Source of the DNA: Candidatus Kapaibacterium thiocyanatum
Lineage (GTDB): Bacteria > Bacteroidota > Ignavibacteria > Kapaibacteriales > Kapaibacteriaceae
DNA: 64,000 nt
Reading direction: 5' to 3'
Assembly (NCBI GenBank): GCA_001899175.1
Contig: MKVH01000024.1
Coordinates: 883,127-947,126 of the forward strand
Positions 8,384-17,197 of this stretch are shown one piece after another. Within the stretch, counting starts at the first letter, position 1. Every line of letters begins with the position of its first letter. Position numbers and translations under genes: made by a program. A model generated the notes under the pieces. It was given only the letters and a program-made list of their open reading frames with translations, had not been told where the DNA came from and made no database searches.

Positions 8384-9089
8384 GAACAGGACTTCCAAAA
8401 AGACTTCGCCGAAGGCACAGGCTAAACCCTCTGTCGAACCGTCGAAAAACAGTACGGCTAAGAGTAATTCAGCTAAGTCCAAGTCAGCATCAAGTAGGAA
8501 CGTGGCGACGAAGAAGTCTACCAAGAAGTCTTCCGGGACAGTCCCAGCTGCTCCGGTGGTCGAAAAGGCCGCCGGAGCAGCTTCTGTTAAAGAAGCTCCA
8601 GCACCCAAGGTAACGCTGAAAACAGCGGCCAAACCTCAACTGCCGATCGCTCCCAAGCCGGGCGTACGCTATTCGGATAAGGACCTTACGTCTTTCCGTA
8701 CGGTCATCGAAAAGTCCAAGGAAGATGCGATGGAAGAACTTCGCATGCTCCGTGAACGGCTCGAGGATCTTACCAATAGCGAGTCCGCCGAGGAAAGTGC
8801 CATCTATTCGATGCACATGGCCGAACAAGGTTCGGAAGCCATCGAAAAAGAGAAGACGTACGCGCAGATCCAGCGCATCCAGGATTATATCCGCAAGCTG
8901 GACGAAGCCATGCAGCGCATCCAGGACAAGTCCTACGGTATCTGCCGTATGTGCGGTATCCTGATCGCCAAGGAACGTCTGATGGCCGTGCCGATCACGA
9001 CGCTTTCCGCATCGTACAAGATCCATCAGCGCTGCCCTGAGGATGGCGTGGACCGTATCGTTGCGAAGAATGCAGACGCGCTGAAATGA
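8346..9089 (+). CDS. dksA: DksA/TraR-family transcription factor with a Ser/Lys-rich N-terminal linker (start uncertain: frameshift from 8116, or GTG 8502)
   Basis: RYSDKDL, HMAEQGSEAIEKE coiled-coil tip, RIQDKSYGICRMCGILIAKERLMAVPITTLS. Lies between ileS and lspA as in Bacteroidota. Confidence 0.85.
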   Translation, partial: SQVRVRSNSASSPNRTSKKTSPKAQAKPSVEPSKNSTAKSNSAKSKSASSRNVATKKSTKKSSGTVPAAPVVEKAAGAASVKEAPAPKVTLKTAAKPQLPIAPKPGVRYSDKDLTSFRTVIEKSKEDAMEELRMLRERLEDLTNSESAEESAIYSMHMAEQGSEAIEKEKTYAQIQRIQDYIRKLDEAMQRIQDKSYGICRMCGILIAKERLMAVPITTLSASYKIHQRCPEDGVDRIVAKNADALK

Positions 9090-9721
9090 TGTCGGGGAAT
9101 GACCGCAGCGGTCTCGCTCCTTACAAGTACTTCATTCTCGCCCTGTCCCTCGTTCTCGTCGACCAGGCAACGAAGCTGGCCGTGAAGGGATTCTCCCTGT
9201 TCGGTATCAGGCATGAAGGGATGTACCTGGGAGAGAGCCATCCTCTCATCGGTGATGCGATACGCCTTACCTACGTCGAGAATCCGGGCATGGCCTTCGG
9301 CATCAGCTTCGGTGCGGGGAAGATCGTGCTCACTCTCGTGACGATCGTCATCGCTTCCGTCCTCGTATGGTACCTATGGAAACTGCGCCCCTTCCATCGC
9401 GGCGTACAGTTCGCCGTATCACTGGTTCTGGCGGGCGCCGTGGGAAACCTGATCGACCGGATGTTCTATGGCGTGTTCTATGGCGAGGAAGCCTTGTTCT
9501 ACGGCAAGGTCGTCGACTTCGTCCAGGTCGACATTCCCGACCTCAACTGGCTCGGTGAACTGTATACGCACTTTCCCGTCTTCAACGTCGCCGATTCATG
9601 CGTGAGCGTCGGTATCGTTCTTCTGATCCTGCTCAGCAGACATATGCCTACCGGCGCGCAGTTGCGCTCCGGATCGCTCCAATCGACGGACGAGAACCAT
9701 GACGTCAGCCCAGAATCCTGA
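9086..9721 (+). CDS. lspA: Lipoprotein signal peptidase II
   Basis: DQATK, ENPGMAFG, AGAVGNLIDR, GKVVDF, PVFNVADS. Confidence 0.96.
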   Translation: MMSGNDRSGLAPYKYFILALSLVLVDQATKLAVKGFSLFGIRHEGMYLGESHPLIGDAIRLTYVENPGMAFGISFGAGKIVLTLVTIVIASVLVWYLWKLRPFHRGVQFAVSLVLAGAVGNLIDRMFYGVFYGEEALFYGKVVDFVQVDIPDLNWLGELYTHFPVFNVADSCVSVGIVLLILLSRHMPTGAQLRSGSLQSTDENHDVSPES

Positions 9722-10841
9722 TCATCCCGAACGTATAGAACATATCTATCAGTTCGTGATTCCGGCCAAGCAGCGTCCGGAACGGCTCGACGCATTCATC
9801 ACGCATTCCATCATCCATGCCACGCGGTCGCGTGTGCAGAAGGCCATCGAACGTGGCTCGGTCACAGTGAACGATGCACCATCGCGCTCGAACTACAAGG
9901 TCAAGCCGGGTGACGTCATCCGTGTGACCGTGATGAAGCCACCACCACTGCAACTGATTCCGCAGGATCTTCCCGTCGATGTCGTCTATGACGATCCCTA
10001 CCTGATGGTCCTCGTCAAACCGGCGGGTATGTCGACGCATCCCGGATTCGGGAACAGGTCGGGTACACTCGTCAACGCCATGCTGTTCAAGATGGGAGTG
10101 AAGGAGCCGATCGACGTCCTGGGTAGACGCGAATCGTGGGGAGACGACGAGGAAGAGGAGGCGGATGCATCCGACAAGAACGAGTCGGCCGATGCGGAGG
10201 TGGAGGACGATGAACTTTCCTTCGACGAATCGCAGCTCTTCAGCTCATCCGAAGTACGTCCCGGAATCGTGCATCGGCTCGACAAGGACACGTCCGGCCT
10301 CATCGTCGTGGGCAAGACCTATCAGGCTACGCTGGCTCTCGCGAATCAGTTCCGCGACCGTACCGTTCGCCGTGAATATCACGCCCTTGTGTGGGGAGTC
10401 GTGAAGGAGGACAGGGGACTCATCGAAACGGAGATCGGCCGGAATCCGCGTAACAGGAAGACCTATTCCGTCGTCGACCGCGGAGGCAAGTACGCCGCCA
10501 CGGAGTACACGGTGCTCGAGCGCTATTCCTGCGCGACGCTGGTGAAGTGCAAGCTTCGCACAGGACGTACGCATCAGATCCGCGTCCATATGTCGAGCCT
10601 GAAGCATCCCATCGTCGGCGATGCGGACTACGGTGGACGCGAGTCGGCACTCAATGGCGTACACCATCTCTACAAGCGTACGGCTCAACGTATTCTCGCC
10701 TGCATGTCGCGTCAGGCCTTGCATGCACGCACGCTCGGCTTCACGCATCCCATCACGCGGGAGCCGCTCGACTTCGAGGCCGAACCGCCGGAGGATATGC
10801 GTACGGCGATCGACATATGCCGTCAGGACGCGCAGTCCTGA
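9699..10841 (+). CDS. rluD: 23S rRNA pseudouridine synthase, RluA/RluD family, with S4 domain
   Basis: ERLDAF S4 domain, KPAGM, RPGIVHRLDKDTSGL, TGRTHQIRVH, RQALHARTLGFTHP. Confidence 0.92.
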   Translation: MTSAQNPDHPERIEHIYQFVIPAKQRPERLDAFITHSIIHATRSRVQKAIERGSVTVNDAPSRSNYKVKPGDVIRVTVMKPPPLQLIPQDLPVDVVYDDPYLMVLVKPAGMSTHPGFGNRSGTLVNAMLFKMGVKEPIDVLGRRESWGDDEEEEADASDKNESADAEVEDDELSFDESQLFSSSEVRPGIVHRLDKDTSGLIVVGKTYQATLALANQFRDRTVRREYHALVWGVVKEDRGLIETEIGRNPRNRKTYSVVDRGGKYAATEYTVLERYSCATLVKCKLRTGRTHQIRVHMSSLKHPIVGDADYGGRESALNGVHHLYKRTAQRILACMSRQALHARTLGFTHPITREPLDFEAEPPEDMRTAIDICRQDAQS

Positions 10842-10855
10842 TCGTTCGCTCCTGA

Positions 10856-11545
10856 TCACTTGGGCAGGGGAATCCCGCCCATCCGCCCCCTGATGAAACT
10901 CGTCCGCTTCTTCGTATAACTGCTCGGTGTATCCGCGTGGAAGCGTCGTGGATTCGGAACGACGGCCGCCATACGCGCCGCCTGATCGGCCGTGAGCGCC
11001 GATGCACGGACGCCGAAATAGGTCCGTGCACCCGCTTCTGCGCCATAGATGCCATCTCCCCACTCGATCATGTTCACGTAGACTTCGAGAATGCGTTTCT
11101 TCCCCCACAGCGCCTCGGTGAGGTAGGTGAAGTAAACTTCGGCCGCCTTCCTGATCATGTTCCGGTAGGGCAGGAGGAAGACGTTCTTCGACGTCTGCAT
11201 CGTGATGGTCGATGCACCCAGCGGCGGCTTGCCACGTTTGATCCGTCCCGGATTCGCCTTCTGTGCACGATCGACGGCTTTCCAGTCGATACCACCATGA
11301 CGCAGGAATCCCGCATCCTCCCCGGCCTGAACGGCACGAAGCAGCGACGGCGCGATGTCGTCGTACGATACCCACCGATGGACGATCGTCATCCTGTCTC
11401 CCCTGAACGGAGCTTCCACCAGACGCTTCGCCATCAGCGGTGTGATGGCGGGCGGAACGAAGCGGAACAGGACCACGACGAGAACCGATCCCACCAGCCC
11501 TGCGACCAGCGTTCGCCATATCCAGACGAGAATATTTTTAATCAT
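10856..11545 (-). CDS. mtgA: Monofunctional peptidoglycan transglycosylase
   Basis: GEDAGFLRHGGID, GASTITMQTSKNVFL, RKAAE, KKRILEVYVNMIEWGDGIYGAEA. Confidence 0.95.
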   Translation of the reverse strand: MIKNILVWIWRTLVAGLVGSVLVVVLFRFVPPAITPLMAKRLVEAPFRGDRMTIVHRWVSYDDIAPSLLRAVQAGEDAGFLRHGGIDWKAVDRAQKANPGRIKRGKPPLGASTITMQTSKNVFLLPYRNMIRKAAEVYFTYLTEALWGKKRILEVYVNMIEWGDGIYGAEAGARTYFGVRASALTADQAARMAAVVPNPRRFHADTPSSYTKKRTSFIRGRMGGIPLPK

Positions 11546-11569
11546 CTTGTGTGATTTTCTTAAAAGATT

Positions 11570-11595
11570 TAAGTTCGCGACGTAAAAACTTTACG
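11570..11595 (+). promoter_or_regulatory. Promoter element TAAGTTCG followed by a 15-bp palindromic operator candidate
   Basis: TAAGTTCG at 11570-11577 and CGTAAA-AAC-TTTACG at 11581-11595, just upstream of the lrp ATG (11604). Confidence 0.5.
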
Positions 11596-11603
11596 AGCAT
11601 AAA

Positions 11604-12059
11604 ATGTCTCTTCGAGATCGCGACCGTCTGATCCTCACTCTTCTGCAGGAGAATGCCCGTCTCAGCCTCAGCGATATCGCCGAGCGGATCGGGACGTCGG
11701 TGCCGACCGTGAGCGATCACGTGCGCAAACTCGAAGAGCAGGGAGTCATCCGCGAGTATACGGCCCTTCTCGATCCCGTGGAATGCGGGCTCGACGTGGC
11801 GGCATTCATCTTCGTCGACATCGACTCCAGCGCCAACTACGACTCCTTCCGGCGCCAGTGCCGTCAACGCAAGGACATCCAGGAATGCCATGCCATCACG
11901 GGCACGGCATCGCACCTCATCAAGGTGCGCGTCAAAAATACGTCGGCTTTGGAGCAGTTGTTGTCCACCATCCAGCAATGGAGGGGAGTAACCCGCACGC
12001 AGACGAACGTGGTGCTGAGCACCCATAAGGAGACGCTGTCGATCACACCTGTCGAATGA
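11604..12059 (+). CDS. Lrp/AsnC-family transcriptional regulator
   Basis: [24 protein letters not shown]...[31 protein letters not shown]. Confidence 0.95.
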   Translation: MSLRDRDRLILTLLQENARLSLSDIAERIGTSVPTVSDHVRKLEEQGVIREYTALLDPVECGLDVAAFIFVDIDSSANYDSFRRQCRQRKDIQECHAITGTASHLIKVRVKNTSALEQLLSTIQQWRGVTRTQTNVVLSTHKETLSITPVE

Positions 12060-12109
12060 TGCCGCAGTCAATTCCGCAACCAACATCCAACACCAACAGA
12101 ACATCAACG

Positions 12110-14266
12110 ATGCCACATTACGATATCCTTGCCGCAGCCCGCAACTGGAGAATGGACGGGAAGACGGCGCCGAATCCCAGCTCCGTCGTCAACGACGTAT
12201 TCGCCTCGGACGTGCTGACGATGGAGGAGCTGCGTCAGAGGTTGAGCAAGACGGCATGGCGTTCCCTTCAATCGACGATGGAACGCGGTGACGCCATCGA
12301 TCCAGCCATCGCCGACACCGTCGCTCTGGCCATGAAGACATGGGCGATGGAAAAGGGTGCGTCGCACTATACGCACTGGTTCCAGCCCCTGACGGGCTCG
12401 ACGGCCGAGAAGCACGAGAGCTTCCTCGTACCTGCCGGCGACGGTTCGGCGATCTCGCAGTTCTCGGGCAAGGAGCTCATCGTGGGTGAGCCCGATGCAT
12501 CCTCGTTTCCGAGCGGTGGTCTGCGCGCCACGTTCGAAGCACGCGGATACACGGCATGGGATCCGACGTCTCCTGCCTTCATCATCCGCCACAGCAACGG
12601 TGCCACGCTGTGCATTCCTACGGCCTTCGCCTCGTGGACGGGAGAAGCTCTCGACCTCAAGACGCCGCTGCTGCGTTCGATGCAGTCGCTCAACAACAGC
12701 GCGAAGCGCGCACTCTCCCTCTTCGGTGTGACCGACGTATCGGCAGTCGGCAGTACCTGCGGTGTCGAACAGGAATACTTCCTGATCGACGAGGAGTTCT
12801 ACTATCGTCGTCCGGATCTCGTGATGTGCGGTCGTACGCTCTTCGGCGCGAAGCCCCCGCGAGGTCAGGAACTGGAGGATCATTACTTCGGCTCGATTCC
12901 GGATCGCATCCTCTCCTTCATGGCCGACTCCGAGCATCAGTTGTATGCTCTCGGCATTCCGATCAAGACGCGTCACAACGAGGTGGCACCCGGTCAGTTC
13001 GAAGTGGCGCCGATCTTCGAACAGAGCAACGTGGCCGCCGACCATCAGCAGCTCGTGATGCAGGTGCTGCGCACTACGGCACGCCGTTACGGCCTGGTCT
13101 GTCTGCTGCATGAAAAGCCCTTCGCCGGTGTCAACGGATCGGGCAAACACCTGAACTGGTCGATGTCGACGGATACGGGAATGAATCTGCTCGAGCCCGG
13201 AGACACACCGCACGACAACATGCAGTTCCTGTTCTTCTGTGCTGCCGTGATCCGTGCCGTGGACATCCATCAGGACCTCCTGCGTATCTCCGTGGCCTCG
13301 GCACAGAACGACCATCGCCTCGGTGCCAATGAGGCTCCGCCCGCTATCGTGTCCATCTTCCTCGGGGACGAGTTGACGGAGATCTACGACCGTCTGCTGT
13401 CGGGCAAGGGTGGTGCAACGAAGCGCTCGGGCCTGCTGGGCCTGGGTACCCCGGTCCTGCCGCCACTGCCGCGTCATGCTGGCGACCGCAATCGCACGTC
13501 ACCGTTCGCATTCACCGGCAACAAATTCGAGTTCAGGGCCGTGGGAAGCAGCCAGAGCGTGTCCTTCCCGACGACGGTGCTGAATACGATCGCCGCCGAA
13601 TCGATCGAAGCCATGACGCTCATGATCGAAGCACGCATGAAGAAGAAGCAGACGTTCGAAGCGGCATTGATCGATGTCCTCAAGGAAGTCTACGGTGCGC
13701 ACCGCCGCGTGATCTTCAATGGCGATGGATATGCGCAGAAGTGGCACAAGGAAGCCGAGAAACGCGGGCTGCTGAACCTTCCGACGGCGATGGACGCGAT
13801 TCCGCTGCTGACCCAGAAGAAGAACGTCGCGCTGTTCGAGGCGTGGGGCGTACTATCGAAGCGTGAGCTCGAAGCACGTGAGGAAATCATGTTCGACCAG
13901 TACTTCAAGGGCGTGAACATCGAAGGGGAGACGACGGAGTGGATCGCACAGACGCAGCTGCTTCCTGGAGCACTGGCCTATCTGCGGGACGTGGCATCGA
14001 TCGCCGTCACCGCATCGTCGGCCGTCGACCGCACCGTCTCCCGTGTCCGCGAACACGTGGACCAGTTGTCCGACGCACTGGAGCATCTGCGTACGCAGAA
14101 CATGGATCTCGGCGGCGAAGAAGTGCATCAGAAGGCCCATCATATGCAGGTCAACGTCCTGCCTGCGATGGCAGCGGTACGCAAGGCGGCCGATGCGCTG
14201 GAGCGTGTCGTAGCGGTCCATCAGTGGCCGTTACCCGGATATCGCGAAATGCTCTTCGTGAAGTGA
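12110..14266 (+). CDS. glnA: Glutamine synthetase type III
   Basis: [99 protein letters not shown]. Confidence 0.97.
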   Translation: MPHYDILAAARNWRMDGKTAPNPSSVVNDVFASDVLTMEELRQRLSKTAWRSLQSTMERGDAIDPAIADTVALAMKTWAMEKGASHYTHWFQPLTGSTAEKHESFLVPAGDGSAISQFSGKELIVGEPDASSFPSGGLRATFEARGYTAWDPTSPAFIIRHSNGATLCIPTAFASWTGEALDLKTPLLRSMQSLNNSAKRALSLFGVTDVSAVGSTCGVEQEYFLIDEEFYYRRPDLVMCGRTLFGAKPPRGQELEDHYFGSIPDRILSFMADSEHQLYALGIPIKTRHNEVAPGQFEVAPIFEQSNVAADHQQLVMQVLRTTARRYGLVCLLHEKPFAGVNGSGKHLNWSMSTDTGMNLLEPGDTPHDNMQFLFFCAAVIRAVDIHQDLLRISVASAQNDHRLGANEAPPAIVSIFLGDELTEIYDRLLSGKGGATKRSGLLGLGTPVLPPLPRHAGDRNRTSPFAFTGNKFEFRAVGSSQSVSFPTTVLNTIAAESIEAMTLMIEARMKKKQTFEAALIDVLKEVYGAHRRVIFNGDGYAQKWHKEAEKRGLLNLPTAMDAIPLLTQKKNVALFEAWGVLSKRELEAREEIMFDQYFKGVNIEGETTEWIAQTQLLPGALAYLRDVASIAVTASSAVDRTVSRVREHVDQLSDALEHLRTQNMDLGGEEVHQKAHHMQVNVLPAMAAVRKAADALERVVAVHQWPLPGYREMLFVK

Positions 14267-14286
14267 TCCTGTCCGAACGAACATCG

Positions 14287-14311
14287 AGGGCTCCCTGTCG
14301 GGGGCCCTTTC
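14287..14311 (+). terminator. Intrinsic terminator after glnA
   Basis: AGGGCTCCC-TGTC-GGGGGCCCT followed by a short T run. Confidence 0.6.
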
Positions 14312-14655
14312 CGTTCTATCTATACGTATTGTCCTTCGATGGATACGCAGGGGTGGAGGTCTTCGTCTCCGACGGCGGCGAAACGATGCGTGGGCGTTGA
14401 TGACCGCTTCGTGTGATTGGATGTCGATGCATCCGCCCGGGCGAAGGGTGTCCAGAATGGCGCGGAATCCGGATATGTACCATGTTGTCGAGCCGTCCAT
14501 CAACGTCGCGATGTCGAACTCGTCAACGTGATGCGGACCGGCTGTCATCATGCTATGCACGTGATCCTGTCCAGCCGAACGACTTGTGATTCCCGAGCTT
14601 CGTCGACAATGGTGGACACGTGAACATGTATCATCGTGTATTGTCGTATCGGTGC

Positions 14656-16020
14656 TCATCGTACGATCAATAACATCCGATGGATGTTGTTGCTTCCACG
14701 ATCGATCGTGACGGCATAGATTCCGTGTGCAGTCGTACGATGAACGATGAGTGCCGGATTCCCGCCATCGTCGATGGAAAAGCAGTAGGGAACATCGCTG
14801 CCGTCAAGGGTCGTTGCATGGAGCACGGGATCGCTTCCGAGTGGACGGCCGATCGCAACGCGGCTTCCGGGCGAGGCATGGACCATCGATGTCGGCGGCG
14901 ACGAGGTTCCATCGTCATCGACGGAAGACGTATGAGACGGGACGTAGGTCATACGGAAGAAGTCGGGGCCTATCGTGCCGAAGATCACGTTCTCGCGATG
15001 CCGATGGAGGTTGCGGACAGCAGCCTCGGGAAGGCCGAATGCGTCGACTTTCTGCACCTTCCAGTCGCCCTGCTCCACGAAGTACAACTTGTTCGCACTG
15101 CCGCCGACTACCTGAAGGCCTCCGCCGATACGGACGGCATCGCGGACACCCCACGGAGGTGCGACGTTCGCCTTGATCAATCGCTTCCACGTAAGGCCGG
15201 CATCCTCGCTTTCCCATACTTCGTCGTAGGTGCGGAAATCGGAGAGATCATCAGGATGCAGATAATTGAGGCAGAAGGCCCATAGCCTGGAGCCTCCCAT
15301 TCTCTTCATCGTAAGCGCACGCGGAGGAAGCGTGGTCATGTTCCATGTCGTACCGCCATCCCGGGTGACATATGACCATGTCGTATCCTGATAACCCCGG
15401 AAGATGGTCCACGTGTCGAGGCCGGTCATGGCAATATCTATCACGGAGCTGGCGGAGTTGACGTAGACCCCGGTGATCCGTACCGAATCCCACGTATTGC
15501 CGCCGTCCGACGTCCTCAGTGCATCGACGCCGCGGTAGCCCCATCGCAGGATGCCGTTCATCGGGTCGATGAAGTCGACGGCATTGATGTTGGCGATGGT
15601 GTCCAATCGCTGTTCATGCCAGGTCCGTCCTGCATCACGACTGATGATGACGCGTCCCCGGTTCATGACGTAGCATACGAAGCCGTCGGGAACACTCGCC
15701 CCGTCCTTCGGGACGTCGTCGTATCCCTGATAACCCGGATCGTAGGCCACGTTCCATGTGGAACCGAAGTCCGTCGACCGGAGGATGACGGGATGGCCCG
15801 GACCTGTGGAACATGCCGTAAGGATCGAATCATCATCACTTGCGGAACGCAGGAAGCCGAAGGTGTGATATCGGTCCTTCGTACCATCCACGAGAGGTGG
15901 CAGTACGCGCTGTACCACAGGGAACCAGTCCACTTCCTCCGGGTGATCGAGACTGTCCTGCTGCGGGAGGACCGGGGATGCATGGAGTGTCGCGCACAGA
16001 ACCAGCGTAGCGATGATCAT
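14656..16020 (-). CDS. Secreted BNR/Asp-box (YCF48-like) beta-propeller protein with a degenerate T9SS type-A CTD
   Basis: Signal-like MIIATLVLCATLHA. Five Asp-boxes: RSTDFGSTW, SRDAGRTW, TSDGGNTW, TRDGGTTW, SEDAGLTW. C-terminal TSSVDD linker ...GIYAVTI...MLLIVR. Confidence 0.75.
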   Translation of the reverse strand: MIIATLVLCATLHASPVLPQQDSLDHPEEVDWFPVVQRVLPPLVDGTKDRYHTFGFLRSASDDDSILTACSTGPGHPVILRSTDFGSTWNVAYDPGYQGYDDVPKDGASVPDGFVCYVMNRGRVIISRDAGRTWHEQRLDTIANINAVDFIDPMNGILRWGYRGVDALRTSDGGNTWDSVRITGVYVNSASSVIDIAMTGLDTWTIFRGYQDTTWSYVTRDGGTTWNMTTLPPRALTMKRMGGSRLWAFCLNYLHPDDLSDFRTYDEVWESEDAGLTWKRLIKANVAPPWGVRDAVRIGGGLQVVGGSANKLYFVEQGDWKVQKVDAFGLPEAAVRNLHRHRENVIFGTIGPDFFRMTYVPSHTSSVDDDGTSSPPTSMVHASPGSRVAIGRPLGSDPVLHATTLDGSDVPYCFSIDDGGNPALIVHRTTAHGIYAVTIDRGSNNIHRMLLIVR

Positions 16021-16049
16021 ACTGGAACAACCTGGCACTACTGTAACAT

Positions 16050-16079
16050 CATGGCGGAGCCCAAGGGGGCCCCGCCATG
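16050..16079 (-). other. 13-bp stem-loop inside the cassette transcript
   Basis: On the - strand CATGGCGGGGCCC-CCTT-GGGCTCCGCCATG (one G-U pair), no U-tract. Confidence 0.6.
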
Positions 16080-16123
16080 TCGACGATGCTTTGTCGTATT
16101 CTGGATCCATTGCACTTCTGGAT

Positions 16124-16579
16124 CTATTTCACGGGAGAAACGACCTCACGATAGACACGTTCACCGATCTTGACGGTGACAGCGAGTACCGTATTCGGGA
16201 ACGACGAGACACTACCTCTGACTTCGAACTTTCGTCCCTGACTCAGTGTAACATTGTCATGATACAGAATATTGCCGAGAATATCAGTTACCATGATGGT
16301 TCCCGTACCGGTGGTTTCGCCGGGTAGGGTAATGGCAAGCCCCGAAGCGTCGAGACGCGATATCGTGAAGCCCCCGGGCGCGGTAGCTTCCTTCGATATC
16401 TTCTTCCGGTCTGCCGTTCGTGGCTGCCAGTTCTTGCCGTTGTCGGTAGACACCCACTGAGAGCCGTCATTCATGTCGATCACCCACGGACGTTCACCGG
16501 GCTTCTGCGATGGTGTCTGCGCATGGGCCGTCATCATACACATGCAAAGCGTGCATGCTGCGATCACGAACAGTTTCAT
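16124..16579 (-). CDS. Small secreted protein: one Asp-box plus a T9SS-CTD-like Ig domain
   Basis: Signal peptide ending AHA-Q, WVSTDNGKNW, and TIMVTDILGNIL...VLAVTVKIG resembling a type-A CTD. Confidence 0.7.
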   Translation of the reverse strand: MKLFVIAACTLCMCMMTAHAQTPSQKPGERPWVIDMNDGSQWVSTDNGKNWQPRTADRKKISKEATAPGGFTISRLDASGLAITLPGETTGTGTIMVTDILGNILYHDNVTLSQGRKFEVRGSVSSFPNTVLAVTVKIGERVYREVVSPVK

Positions 16580-16600
16580 GAGATTGTTCCTTTCAGTTGT

Positions 16601-17197
16601 TTATTCGTTGCAGACCTTCATGCATCCGGAAGGACACGGCGTAGGATCGGTGGACGACGAGAGCCGTCTGATCTGATACTCACCGTCGATGATGCACATC
16701 TCGTAGAGGAAGAGGCAGCAGGTATTGACTTCGCAGATGGTGACGCGCCAGTCGGGAACGGGGCCGGCAACGAGGTGCCATTTCCAGCATGACGACGACG
16801 TCACGCGCCAGTTCGGGCGGCATTGTCCTTCCGCCGTCGGGATGCAGTCCAGTAGCCCCTTCGTAAGGGAAACATCGTAGATGATCTGCTTGGCAGCCAT
16901 CTCGAAGACCTGGGACGGAGTCAGCGTCATACATGGTGGATTGGTATTGCAGTAGACGGAGATCGGCTGGACATCGCACCAGATGCCGCAAGCCTTCCGA
17001 TAGCAGTAGTATGCGGTCCAGCTACAGCCATACATCGTCCATGTCACATTCTCGTAGCAGATGAAGTTGTCGCTCAGGCAGTCGGGCTTGCACACCTGCG
17101 TCGTTTCCGCCTGATTACGCCCTTTGTCGGGGCCCTGTGCCCAACTGCTTGCCGCAGCAAGACAGAATACCAGTGAACAGATAAGTAGACGTACCAT
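16601..17197 (-). CDS. Secreted cysteine-rich hypothetical protein (19 Cys in the mature part)
   Basis: GGAGG RBS, signal peptide ending SWA-Q, regularly spaced Cys including CC and a terminal CPSGCMKVC. Confidence 0.8.
   Translation of the reverse strand: MVRLLICSLVFCLAAASSWAQGPDKGRNQAETTQVCKPDCLSDNFICYENVTWTMYGCSWTAYYCYRKACGIWCDVQPISVYCNTNPPCMTLTPSQVFEMAAKQIIYDVSLTKGLLDCIPTAEGQCRPNWRVTSSSCWKWHLVAGPVPDWRVTICEVNTCCLFLYEMCIIDGEYQIRRLSSSTDPTPCPSGCMKVCNE

Noticed and set aside
14231-14659. 142-aa ORF coupled (ATGA) to the Asp-box gene as a fourth cassette gene
   Set aside because: It runs through the glnA terminator into glnA, has an Arg/Pro-rich non-protein-like tail and no motif. It could be a decayed remnant, but I cannot support that.
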